Of a DNA stretch of 64,000 nt, positions 51,610-61,382 are shown piece after piece (the first letter of the stretch is position 1; every line of letters starts with the position of its first letter). The notes under the pieces are model-generated. The model did no database searches and was not told the DNA's origin. It was given only the letters and a program-made list of their open reading frames with translations. Origin of the DNA: an uncultured Planctomycetota bacterium. GTDB taxonomy: Bacteria; Planctomycetota; Planctomycetia; Isosphaerales; Isosphaeraceae. Location: the NCBI GenBank assembly GCA_963823665.1, contig CAWGMQ010000003.1, forward strand, positions 832,001 to 896,000, read 5' to 3'. The translations under genes were made by a program, and so were the position numbers.

Positions 51610-52667
51610 TCAGAGGAGACTGCTCAGCACGAAAAACCGCGATCGCCGAGACGTCCGTGGCGTCCGGGTCGACCGCTGTCGCCAGCGGCGGGTCAATTCG
51701 ACAGCAAATACAGCGAGTGCGACGTCGACGAGATACGGGTACGATCGAGCGAGTTGATCCGAAGGCTCGCTTGAGGGGCCCGATCGGTCAAACAGTCGCG
51801 ACAAACAATCGTCGAGTTGACTCGCCTGGAATGCCGTCAGACCGGTAATCAAGCCCGCACCTTGCGGGGCGGGAAGATTCGCCGTCACGATCGACGCCAG
51901 TTCGTGAGCAGACTCGTTGGCAGGGTCGACGAGCGCGAGTGGGCCCACCTGCTCCGGCGTCGCGCGGTGCATCGGACTGAATCGCCAGTTCGGGCGTGAT
52001 CGCCACGGTCAAGGCGGTGAGGCCCAGAGAGACCAAAGCCGTCCGGGCCGAGCCGGCCCCGATCGCGGTGGGCGGGGCAACCTGCGGATCGTCATTCATC
52101 GCCGGCGCCGGCGGCACCCGGGGCCGACGGGTCGACACCGGGGGCAACCGTGATCTCGATGTCTGCGCTCGCGATGGGCTTCCCCCCGTGCGAGGGCCCA
52201 ACGCCGATTGGGTTTCCGGACGGCCGCGCGATCGCAGGCAAGACGGCGGCCCCGGCGCCGGGTTCGCTTCCCGCAGCGGCCGTCTGACCGGCGGCGGTGG
52301 CGTCTGACGGAGCTCTGTTCGATACGCTGTTCTCCGGCACAGCCGCAGGCGACCCTGTCTGTACGAACGGGACCGTTGACGAAGCAGGTGGCGACGCCAT
52401 CCTTTCCGGATCGGGCATGGCTTCCCCGGACTGCCATCCGTCACCCGGAATCGCGGGTCGCGACGGTGCGGACATATTCGGACCGCTGCATTGCGCGGGC
52501 GAACTCGCGGATAGCGAAGCGACCATCGCCGGAGGCGAGCTCTGCGTGCCGGCCGAGCGTCCGAAGAACGGCGTCATCGGCCCTGAATAGCCGCTTGGCA
52601 GCGACCGTACTTCAAGCGACTCACAGCCTGGGGCAGCTCCAACCCTGCGCCTTGATCCCTTCGACAT
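51610..52667 (-). CDS. Low-complexity protein with LEVRSLPS motif and possible C-terminal TM segment (frameshifted)
   Basis: MSKGSRRR...ESLEVRSLPS; later pieces PQGAGLITGL...LDDCLSRLF and YPYLVDVALAVFAVELTRRWR in other frames. Confidence 0.55.
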
Positions 52668-52911
52668 CACCAATTCGCCCCTGAGCCGATGCTCCACTTC
52701 GTCGCCACTCATCGTAGGCGCTGGCTTGGCCTTCTATTAGTAGTTATCGCGGACAAATGAAGCTCGGCGACATTTCGCGAGAATTCCGCGCACGCTTTTC
52801 GGCACCATCGGCGATTGCTCTCTCAGAAGGGTCACGAGCCGCTGTGGTCGGTATACGCATCCAGACCGGCGGCACGAGACCGCCTCCCTTGCTTCATCAG
52901 GAGAGTCTCTC

Positions 52912-53679
52912 ATGTCGCATTCGAAACATGTCTTTCACGAGTTCATCTGCAGCATGCTCGGCAGCTCACCCAAGCCGAAGCGTCGTCGCACGCGGCAGTT
53001 AACGCCGACGCTCGACGGCCTGGAGGACCGCGTGGTCCTCTCGCACATCGCCGCCGCCGCCGTGCATCACCACCACGCTCATCACACGGCGGTCGTGCAA
53101 ACCAGCACAGCGAGCACCTCGAAGACGGCCGATACGGAGAGCACTTCCACGAGCACGGCTTCCGCGTCGTCATCGAGCTCGACGCTCCAGACGGCGCGCC
53201 AGACGCTGCTGAACGATATCCAGACCATAGAACTTGCCTCCGGCACGACGATCGGCGAGCTGACCGCCATCCACGCCGCGTTCCAGACGCTCTCAAGCGA
53301 TGGGCTCACGCCCAGCAGCAAGAGCGCGCTCTCGAGCTTTGAGAACAGCCTGGTCCAGTCGTACGCCAGCGGGACGACCCTGACCAACAACGCGACCCTG
53401 CTTTCCCAGTTCGAGGCGCTCTACACGACCTCGAGTGGCTCGCTGACCACGCAGCAGACGGCGGACCTGACCACAGCGTATAACTCACTCGCAGCGGCCA
53501 TCACGTCGTCGGGCATCACGTCGTCCGATCTCTCGACGATTGATACAGACTACGCGGCTGTCCTGGCCGCGGAAAGCAGCACGAGCACCGACACGTTCCC
53601 GTATTTCACGCTCGTGACCGGCCAGGCCGGGCGATTTGCCGGCGGATATGGCGGAGGCAACATGCAGGGCGGGTGCTGA
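52912..53679 (+). CDS. Exported Ser/Thr-rich helical protein with LEDRVVLS motif and His stretch
   Basis: KRRRTRQLTPTLDGLEDRVVLS; HHHHAHH; AGGAG RBS. Confidence 0.8.
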   Translation: MSHSKHVFHEFICSMLGSSPKPKRRRTRQLTPTLDGLEDRVVLSHIAAAAVHHHHAHHTAVVQTSTASTSKTADTESTSTSTASASSSSSTLQTARQTLLNDIQTIELASGTTIGELTAIHAAFQTLSSDGLTPSSKSALSSFENSLVQSYASGTTLTNNATLLSQFEALYTTSSGSLTTQQTADLTTAYNSLAAAITSSGITSSDLSTIDTDYAAVLAAESSTSTDTFPYFTLVTGQAGRFAGGYGGGNMQGGC

Positions 53680-53739
53680 TCTTCGCGGCTGGCCTCTGAA
53701 CAGAACGAGTCCGGCGGCGGCTGCGCCGCCGGACTTGAT

Positions 53740-54123
53740 TCATCGGCTGGCAGTCGAGAGTGACTCATCCGGCGGGTCGTATGGATCTCGCGGGATGGCC
53801 TCCCACGGTCGCCACGCCGCGCGTTCAAACTTTCTCTTGACGTATGCATGATACGAGGCGGCGCGCATCGCCAAAACGCGATACCTCGCGCGCCGGAGTC
53901 TCCGGTCTTCGTTTGATTCTGGATTTGGCGGTGCCATGCCACAAACGTATTCCTTGAAGTCCGGGTCCGCACTCCGCAGCTCATACTCCTCTGCATCATC
54001 GTGTTGGTACGCCCTCCACTGGCAACGGCGCCAGTGCTCGCGAGCTCGTTCGCCCCATAGCAGCAATGCAGCAACAGCCACAACGACGATCCAACGGTTG
54101 ATTGTCATTCGGGGCAGAGTCAT
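53740..54123 (-). CDS. Small membrane-anchored hypothetical protein (paralogue B)
   Basis: MTLPRMTINRWIVVVAVAA...VCGM...SYHAYVKRKFERAAWRPWE; GGAGG RBS. Confidence 0.75.
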   Translation of the reverse strand: MTLPRMTINRWIVVVAVAALLLWGERAREHWRRCQWRAYQHDDAEEYELRSADPDFKEYVCGMAPPNPESNEDRRLRRARYRVLAMRAASYHAYVKRKFERAAWRPWEAIPRDPYDPPDESLSTASR

Positions 54124-54303
54124 CGAACAGCCTCCGTGCCGGGCGCGCACCATCCGCGCTATGCCGCTGATACCATAATCCGGAAATCTAGCAAGCTCTC
54201 GTTGACTTTTCGAACCCGTGTTACGTCGCGGGCGTAGCCGCAGCATTTGCGCTGTCTGACGGCGTCGCACCAAAGGCATGGTGTGTTCACGGTCTAACGC
54301 CAC

Positions 54304-55212
54304 TCACTTTAATTCTGAAGGATTCGCTGGCTGCGCAACCGCAGGAGTAGCTACCGACTTCGCTCGTCGATTCCGACTCCGGTGGTGCGTCGATACGGCC
54401 GGCGTCAACAGCGCGACCAGAACGAAAACGATGGCAGCGCAGACAACCCACTCTGCGAGGGTTAGCCCGACAAGACACGCACCGACGACGATAGCCACCG
54501 CGACAGCGACGCACACCGGCAACGGAAGCCACGCGAAATTGACAGCCAGGAGCGCCGTGACGAGCATCAAGTACCTGAGCGAGAATTGCTTCCGAATACG
54601 GATGCGGCGCAGATCGCGCGTGACGCGAGCCGTCAGGCTCGTACTCTTCGAATGTCCGGGTTTTACCCGAAGATCTGCCGGCCCAAGGTGGTTTTGAAGA
54701 GCCGATGCAACGATCTCGCGATCGCCAGACTTCAATCCAAATGTCAAGACTGCGCTTCGAAGCTTGAGACGGAGACTCGAATCGGGGGCAGCCCAGCTCC
54801 ATTCGAGAATCGAATGCCACGCCGTGAAGCTCGTTCCGCACACAACGCCATCCTCGCGAACCTCGAGGAACATCCTGTTCCAGGCAAATGCGGCAAGGGT
54901 GATGACGAAAAGGAGGATGAGAACATTTGTCGCCTGATTCGCCAGCTCATCGGGACTTGAGCGCGGGCCTTGGGCGGCCAAGTAAACGCAAAACGCGGCA
55001 TTCACGACGACTGCCGACCAGGCGCATATCATCCAGACCGACTTCCAGCGCTTCACGCGCGGTCGGACCACCCTCAACAAGAGCTTGCCACCAAGCTGTT
55101 CGATGTTCGCGCGGAGTCCAACGAGATACCAAAGCCCGAACACGAACGCTGGTAGAACGACAATCTTGCTGATCAGGAAGACGTCGCGAATGCTCTGAAC
55201 GCTTCCGGTCAT
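54304..55212 (-). CDS. Membrane protein with a PH-like segment and an internal prepilin-like motif
   Basis: Several TM helices; LEVREDGV...WHSILEWSW; QFSLRYLM; GLTLAEWVVCAAIVFVLVALLTPAV. Confidence 0.7.
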   Translation of the reverse strand: MTGSVQSIRDVFLISKIVVLPAFVFGLWYLVGLRANIEQLGGKLLLRVVRPRVKRWKSVWMICAWSAVVVNAAFCVYLAAQGPRSSPDELANQATNVLILLFVITLAAFAWNRMFLEVREDGVVCGTSFTAWHSILEWSWAAPDSSLRLKLRSAVLTFGLKSGDREIVASALQNHLGPADLRVKPGHSKSTSLTARVTRDLRRIRIRKQFSLRYLMLVTALLAVNFAWLPLPVCVAVAVAIVVGACLVGLTLAEWVVCAAIVFVLVALLTPAVSTHHRSRNRRAKSVATPAVAQPANPSELK

Positions 55213-55371
55213 GATCGGGCCTCGCGAGGAGGGCCTCGGTGCCTCAATGCGATTTCGTGCTTTCGGGTCAGAGAGCCCTCCGGTCGCCAGGAGCGCGGAG
55301 CACCCAGACAGAGCCCCCAGGCGCCCGGTGATCGTGCAAACTCATCCTAGCTCGCCTTGATCTGCTGCACC

Positions 55372-56265
55372 TCATATTTGACTTTGAGATAGAGCGTGAG
55401 CTGCACGACGGGCTCGATCACCACGGGGTTGATCACCGAGTCGAAACTGTTGGCATTCAGACCATTGAAAAAGAACGTGCGGCTCTTGCGCGGTCTGCGT
55501 CGTCATACGATCGCGGTTTGGCGGTATCCCGACGTGCTCGGTCTCGAACGCGGTGTACGAGTCGTACATTTCGGTGGGATAGTAAACGGCCGACCGTTCG
55601 GCAATGACCTGCGCGGGCGGCTGAAGCCTGATATCCAGCAGCTTCTGGTATCGGCCCGCCTTGCGTTTGATGATCCGGCTAGCTTCCTCCATCAACTTGT
55701 CCTCGATCGCATCCAGGTTGGAAACGATGTAATCGACCTTGATCAGATCGAAGATCTGCGAGTGCGACGCGGCGACGACCAGTTTGTCGATCAGCATCTT
55801 GTCTTTGTAGTGGATCGAGATGTTCTTTTTCAGCTCGAACCCGACAAGTTTCTCACGTGCGATCTCGCCCGCCACTTCAAAACCGTAGATCTTGTTCTGC
55901 GCGACGAAGTCGACGAACCGCGCCTTCTCGCCGACACCCAATCCGGTCAGCTCGTCGGTGAACTGCTTGATCGTTGCGTCCATTTTCCGGCTGCACTCGG
56001 CGATGGTTTCACCTTCCTGAGCGACGCCGAACACCGCGACGTACTCATCCGCCAGCACATTCATGAGCACACTCGCGTCGACAAAGGTGCTGGTCGCCGT
56101 GGGAGGCAGCTCCTCCTTGGTCAGGTTGCGCTTGGAGCGTTCATTCTGTTCGGCGCGGGCCTTGCCGCTATTTTGCGCGTAGCTGATGTTCCCGCTAACC
56201 TGCGCGCAACAAAGAGACGGGAATACGAGTACGACGACCAGGATCCAGACGCTGAGCTTTTTCAT
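55372..56265 (-). CDS. SIMPL (DUF541)-like exported protein (probable frameshift near the C-terminus)
   Basis: Signal peptide; ASVLMNVLADEYVAVFGV, GFELKKNISIHY and IFDLIKVDY; likely true C-terminus (TFFFNGL...FDSVINPVVIEPVVQLTLYLKVKY) lies in another frame. Confidence 0.7.
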   Translation of the reverse strand: MKKLSVWILVVVLVFPSLCCAQVSGNISYAQNSGKARAEQNERSKRNLTKEELPPTATSTFVDASVLMNVLADEYVAVFGVAQEGETIAECSRKMDATIKQFTDELTGLGVGEKARFVDFVAQNKIYGFEVAGEIAREKLVGFELKKNISIHYKDKMLIDKLVVAASHSQIFDLIKVDYIVSNLDAIEDKLMEEASRIIKRKAGRYQKLLDIRLQPPAQVIAERSAVYYPTEMYDSYTAFETEHVGIPPNRDRMTTQTAQEPHVLFQWSECQQFRLGDQPRGDRARRAAHALSQSQI

Positions 56266-56609
56266 ATTGAACCTTACGAAGATCGGAATGGTCTAGTCAC
56301 TGTCAGCCCGGCTGTAAGCATAACGTTCGTATAAAGCTCCGGACCGGGGATTCACGGTTGCAACTGCAATGGTACGCGATATGGATGATTCCGCACGCGA
56401 ACACCTGAAGGGACCCGCGGACGCCAACAACCGCTCGCTACACGTCGCGCTGCACCGGATCCTATCACCGGCTTCAAAGCAGGTGAATATGGCCGCGGCG
56501 AGGGCGATCGCTGGTGCGATGCGCAACCGGCTTGAGGGCCGCTCGCACAGCGACAGTGGAGAGATCCTGGCTCAGGAACGCCTTCGGTGAGCGAATTCTC
56601 CCGCGCCGA

Positions 56610-58082
56610 TCAAGCAGAAATACCCCGCCCGGGCTTCGATCGCTCGATGCACCCCGCCCCGCCCGGGAGCATCTTCGACGGGTTGCAGCGACCGTCCGGA
56701 TTAAACGTCTGCCGCAAAGCCACCATGGCGGCCAGATCTTCCGGCGAGAAGAGCTTGGGCATGAATTCCATTTTCTCGACGCCGATGCCGTGCTCGCCGG
56801 TCACGCTGCCGCCGAGCTCGATGCACTTGTCGAGGATCTCGTGGCTCGCGACCAGGACGCGCTTCACCTGCTCTTGATCGCGTTCGTCAAACAGCAGGAT
56901 CGGGTGGATGTTGCCGTCGCCGGCGTGGAACACATTCGCGATGCGCAGGTCGTGGCGCTTGCCGACCTCGACGATGTACCGCAAGATCTCCGGCAGCTTG
57001 GTGCGTGGCACGACGCCATCCTGCGTGCAGTACGTGGGGCTGAGCCGGCCAATCGCACCAAACGCCGACTTGCGGCTCTTCCAGATGGCCACGTATTCCG
57101 GTTCCTTGCGCGTGCGCCAGGTGATGCACTTGCCGACCGTGCCGCCGTGCTCGTGCACGATCTGCGTGATCGCCTGCGCCTCGCGGTCCAATCCCGCGTC
57201 GAGCCCGTCAACCTCGATGATCAGCACGGCCCCCGCTTCGACCGGGAAACCAAAACCGAACGCTTTCTCGACCGCCCGGATCATCAGATTGTCGAGCATC
57301 TCGAGGGCCGCCGGCACAATTCCCGCAGCGATGATCCCGCTGACGGTCTCGGTTGCCTGATCGACGGTTTCAAACACGGCCAGCAGCGTGCGGCCGGCTT
57401 CCGGATCACGCGTCAGGTTGACGGCCACCTTGGTGACGATGCCGAACGTGCCCTCATTGCCCACGATCAAACCGGTCAGGTCATAGCCGGGGTTGTCTTC
57501 GGTGACGCCGCCAGTCTCCACGAGCGTGCCGTCGGGCATGACGAGCGTTGCCCCCTTGATGTGGTTGACCGTCACACCGTACTTGAGCGTGTGCGGGCCA
57601 CCGGAGTTGGTCGCGACGTTGCCGCCGATCGTGCAGGCTCCCTGGCTGGATGGGTCGGGGGCGTAATGAAATCCCGTCCCGGCCAGCGCACGCGTGAGCC
57701 AGATGTTGACGACACCCGCCTCGACGATCGCGTAGCGGTCGCGGATGCTCACTTCGAGGATTCGCTTCATCCGAGTCAGGCAGATCATCACGCCGCCGCC
57801 AATCGTGAGCGTGCCACCTGCCAAGCTTGTGCCGGCGCCGCGTGGAACGAACGAGATTCCCCGCCGATGGCACAGCTTCACGACTTCCACAACGTGCTCG
57901 GTCGATGTCGGAAACAGCACGACGTCCGGCACGCGCTTCTCGACCATGTAGCCGTCGCATTCATAGACGAGCATCTCATCGCGGCGCTGCAATACGTTTT
58001 CGGTGCCGACAATCGCGACCAGATCAGCGATGACGCCGGATGAGACGGGGGCCGACTTGATCTCTTCCAGGATTTGATTCAT
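56610..58082 (-). CDS. glcD: Glycolate oxidase subunit GlcD (FAD-linked oxidase)
   Basis: VYECDG, PRGAGTSLAGG, YAPDPSSQ, GGPHTLKYG, HAGDGNIHP and GEHGIGVEK motifs. Confidence 0.92.
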   Translation of the reverse strand: MNQILEEIKSAPVSSGVIADLVAIVGTENVLQRRDEMLVYECDGYMVEKRVPDVVLFPTSTEHVVEVVKLCHRRGISFVPRGAGTSLAGGTLTIGGGVMICLTRMKRILEVSIRDRYAIVEAGVVNIWLTRALAGTGFHYAPDPSSQGACTIGGNVATNSGGPHTLKYGVTVNHIKGATLVMPDGTLVETGGVTEDNPGYDLTGLIVGNEGTFGIVTKVAVNLTRDPEAGRTLLAVFETVDQATETVSGIIAAGIVPAALEMLDNLMIRAVEKAFGFGFPVEAGAVLIIEVDGLDAGLDREAQAITQIVHEHGGTVGKCITWRTRKEPEYVAIWKSRKSAFGAIGRLSPTYCTQDGVVPRTKLPEILRYIVEVGKRHDLRIANVFHAGDGNIHPILLFDERDQEQVKRVLVASHEILDKCIELGGSVTGEHGIGVEKMEFMPKLFSPEDLAAMVALRQTFNPDGRCNPSKMLPGGAGCIERSKPGRGISA

Positions 58083-58393
58083 TTGCTCGAGACTCTCGCG
58101 ATGTGCGACCACAACTCGTGTGAAGAAGAGTGTACCGGCCGTGTGCGTAGGCCAGCAATGCCTGGCGGGTTGGGGACGGAGCTCTGTATGGGACGTAGTT
58201 ATTGGTCGTGCAGCAATCCGACCGGTTGCCGCGGCAGTATTTGTGCTCGGGGTGGCGCACTGGTCTGCCGGCCGTTTTCCGCACCCGCCCGAGTAAGCGG
58301 TCAAACGAGCGGACGATGAGACACTTGCCGGTATGACAGAGGCAAACAAGGGCGTTGCGCGAAGCAATGCGCTCATGACCGAGAAGATGGGCG

Positions 58394-59119
58394 TCATGAT
58401 TCAGACGCTGCAGAAGATTCCGGGATTGAAGCAACAATAACGCCGGCTCCGGTCTGGGTGATGCTCGGTGAAAATACCGACTCCACTCGGCTCGATCGCA
58501 GCCATCTGCACCCGGCCCAGCCGCCGGCGATTACACCCACACCCAGCCCGACCATCCGGCGGAGCCAGCGAATGGAGAATGTTTGCATCGGCACGCCTCC
58601 GTGTGCCACATCGTCGATGGTTGTCAGAAGACACGCAACGAAGAGACCGAGGAGCGCACCGCGCCAGAACGCCGCGATGTCCCAGCCGAGCCGCCGATCG
58701 AGCCACGCCGCAGTCCACCCGGCTGATAACGCCAGTAACAAGCTCAGGAACGCCGCCGCCCAGATTTCGCCGACTCGCAAGTAACCGGCCCGTGAGAAGC
58801 TGCTCGTGCCTTCGCTGAAGAGTTGCTGGTACCAGCGCACGAAGAGGACGCTCAGGGGGCGAATCGACCCGGACCAGACAAGGCTGGCGAGGATATAAAA
58901 TGCAATGATCACGACGACCAGTGCAGTGTAATGAAGCGAGTCGAATGGTCGCTGCAGGATCAGTCTCCACGCGATCACGAAGTCGAGAGCCCCGACGAGG
59001 ATCCATATCGTCGGAGAGGCCAAGAATTCAAGCGGCACGGCGCGAACGACACCCAGGCTTACCGCGGCGAGGGCGATGAGGACCATGACCTGGCGGATCG
59101 AGAACTTGCTGCCGGACAT
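58394..59119 (-). CDS. Multi-pass membrane hypothetical protein
   Basis: N-terminal KFSIRQVMVLIALAA; about six hydrophobic helices. Confidence 0.7.
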   Translation of the reverse strand: MSGSKFSIRQVMVLIALAAVSLGVVRAVPLEFLASPTIWILVGALDFVIAWRLILQRPFDSLHYTALVVVIIAFYILASLVWSGSIRPLSVLFVRWYQQLFSEGTSSFSRAGYLRVGEIWAAAFLSLLLALSAGWTAAWLDRRLGWDIAAFWRGALLGLFVACLLTTIDDVAHGGVPMQTFSIRWLRRMVGLGVGVIAGGWAGCRWLRSSRVESVFSPSITQTGAGVIVASIPESSAASES

Positions 59120-59416
59120 GAAGGCGCTCTCCGCGGGACACGCCAGGATCTGCTGGGCGAATGTCGCGCCCGCTTGATTCAAAGTTGCAGGCGTCGAGAA
59201 AGAACGGACGATTCCTCCCACGCTTGTCATAGGACAGCGTATTCGTTTGGCTCAGCCAGTGCAACTTCAAACACCAGGCCAGTAGAATGAGTCTTGCGCT
59301 CTGCACCCACCGGGACACTCTGCGAGCTCAACCAGCATGATCCCCATTCTCAAAGACTCGGCCGGGAACGTGTTGTTTCCGAACCTCGCCAACTTGCTAA
59401 CTGTGTCACGGGCTGA

Positions 59417-59734
59417 TCAATTGAATGTTTTGCAGGCCCTCAAGTCGCGATTCGGGAAGCTGGATTCGGACCGTCCAAAAGGGTGACGGAGACGTGAAAT
59501 GAGCGGTTGATGAACGGCAGTCTGCGAATGAAAGTCGGCAAGGAGCTCGCCTCCTCGGTACGCGACCCACTCGCCTCGATGGCGCTCAAATAGTTGGGGT
59601 ATCGCTCGACGAAACGTGGCGATCGCTTCGGCGATGGTCGTGCCGCACTCATCGGCACTTGCGGGGTGAGTGGACACCTCGGAAACTTGCCCGATCGTCG
59701 CGTATTCGCCCCGCACGATTGGTTCGGAAGCCAT
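59417..59734 (-). CDS. Small DUF5678-like hypothetical protein, possibly degenerate
   Basis: ATFRRAIPQLFERHRGEWVAYRG motif. Confidence 0.45.
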   Translation of the reverse strand: MASEPIVRGEYATIGQVSEVSTHPASADECGTTIAEAIATFRRAIPQLFERHRGEWVAYRGGELLADFHSQTAVHQPLISRLRHPFGRSESSFPNRDLRACKTFN

Positions 59735-59744
59735 ATTCGTTTGG

Positions 59745-59795
59745 ATCCTTGAAAAGTTTCAGCGGCTCGGGCAGCGAGATATTCATGCTCGTCAT
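59745..59795 (-). pseudogene. N-terminal stub of a ParD-like ribbon-helix-helix antitoxin
   Basis: GGGAGG RBS, then MTSMNISLPEPLKLF, after which similarity ends. Confidence 0.5.
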
Positions 59796-59869
59796 GTGAC
59801 ACAACCTCCCTGACAGATTATAGCCGGATTTGCGTCTCCGTGTCGTGTGTGAACACGCCTCGTCCAGAA

Positions 59870-61264
59870 TCACTCCGCTCTGGCCGCGGGCTTCAGATCG
59901 GAGACAGTCTGAGCACTCCCATCGTCAAGCTCTTCGGAGCCGTCACTGGGAAGACGATCGAGGTAGCTCCCGACGAGGTCTGCTTCGGACGCAGGGAGTT
60001 TGCCGTGATCGCGGTTGTAGAGCTCGTCGGCCAGCGTCACGACCAGCGTCCGGTGTTCGCGGCGCTCGGTGGTGCGGATGGCTGGCCAGGGCCAGAAATC
60101 AAGCAGCACTTTTGCGTCTTTGGTGCCGATGATCCACTTCGCTAAACTCTGCGGCGTCAACTTGCGGGCAACCGCGGGCGCTCTGCGATCGACCGGATAG
60201 AAATAGACGGCGGTATTCCGATTCGTTTCTTGAAACGAGGCGCGGACTGCCGGCTTCTGCAACTTCGGATCACTGTTCTCGGCATGGGCAAGCCAGTTTG
60301 CAAACGACAGCCGCAGCACGCGCCGACTTCGCTCGGGCTCATTCCAGAGATAGCGTTTCGCGGCGTACGGAAGCCACGCAAGGTTGGGCGGGAGGTCCTC
60401 GCCGAAGATCTTGACCTGCTGGGCCTCCTCCACAGCCCAATACGCGCGTCCCCATTCCTTATCAAGCTCATGCATTTGCTCCAGATAATCAATCTTGAGC
60501 GAAAACGCATCCCATTCGGGTTTGGGTTCGCCGGCGAGAATATCAGCAAGTGCTTTGCGCAAGAGCGGCACACTCGTGCGCGGGTTCGCGGCCCAGGCCG
60601 TGATCTGGGGGCGCAGACTGCTGCAATTCTGGTCGGCGAGGTAACGCTGAAAGACCGAGCCTCGCCGCATCACATGAACCTTCATGCGGAACAAGGCACG
60701 ATACCAGGTCCATGCGCCCTCCATATCACCTTGCTCTTCAAGACGCGACGCCTCGAGCAAGACCAGCCAGGAAAACTCCCAGATGAAGTAGTAGCGATTC
60801 AACTCTCGGTCGAAGCCAGGATGAGGGATGCCGTCTTTTCGCTCCGACGCAGCCCGGAACACTTCAAGCAATTTACGATTGGCCGTGACCCAGTCGCGAA
60901 GCTCCGGCGCGGCCTTGGACCAGCCGGTCACCGGCCCGCGCCGCAGGACTGCGCTGGGCAGTCCCGGCATCCGCGTGAGCTTCTCCTGAGCCTGACGAAG
61001 CAACACGATGGCATCGTCTTCCTCGGGAATTCGAAATGCAGTGAAGGCCGCCACGTCGAACGGGTCGCCCGCATTCGGAAGTCCGATCAAGCTCGCCCCG
61101 CGCCAGGCCTCGAGTGCGCCGGCCATGAGCAGGAGGGCGAGCACGAGGATCAACCCCAAGCGCAAGAATTGGCGGCTCCGCCGCGCCAGGTATCTGCGAA
61201 ACCGAGTTCGCAATGACCGGGCCGGAGACTGCGATGGCTGATCGATTACTTCAGATGTCGACAC
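59870..61264 (-). CDS. Membrane-anchored helical hypothetical protein, tandem paralogue 1
   Basis: N-terminal TM; GASLIGLPNAGDPFDV, ASRLEEQGDMEGAW and NEPERSRRVLRL motifs shared with neighbours. Confidence 0.85.
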   Translation of the reverse strand: MSTSEVIDQPSQSPARSLRTRFRRYLARRSRQFLRLGLILVLALLLMAGALEAWRGASLIGLPNAGDPFDVAAFTAFRIPEEDDAIVLLRQAQEKLTRMPGLPSAVLRRGPVTGWSKAAPELRDWVTANRKLLEVFRAASERKDGIPHPGFDRELNRYYFIWEFSWLVLLEASRLEEQGDMEGAWTWYRALFRMKVHVMRRGSVFQRYLADQNCSSLRPQITAWAANPRTSVPLLRKALADILAGEPKPEWDAFSLKIDYLEQMHELDKEWGRAYWAVEEAQQVKIFGEDLPPNLAWLPYAAKRYLWNEPERSRRVLRLSFANWLAHAENSDPKLQKPAVRASFQETNRNTAVYFYPVDRRAPAVARKLTPQSLAKWIIGTKDAKVLLDFWPWPAIRTTERREHRTLVVTLADELYNRDHGKLPASEADLVGSYLDRLPSDGSEELDDGSAQTVSDLKPAARAE

Positions 61265-61382
61265 GGCTGTGAAGGTTCCGATCTATTCGGGGATTCGTTC
61301 GGTCTCGCCGTTCAGCCCATTCTACCGGCGATCTCGTTAGTTTCTACAAGTGTCAGAGAGGATGTCAACGTCTTCTTCAGAA

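Noticed and set aside
56293..56526. 77-aa ORF with a hydrophobic start between the SIMPL gene and glcD
   Set aside because: No motif or clear RBS; cannot be supported as a gene
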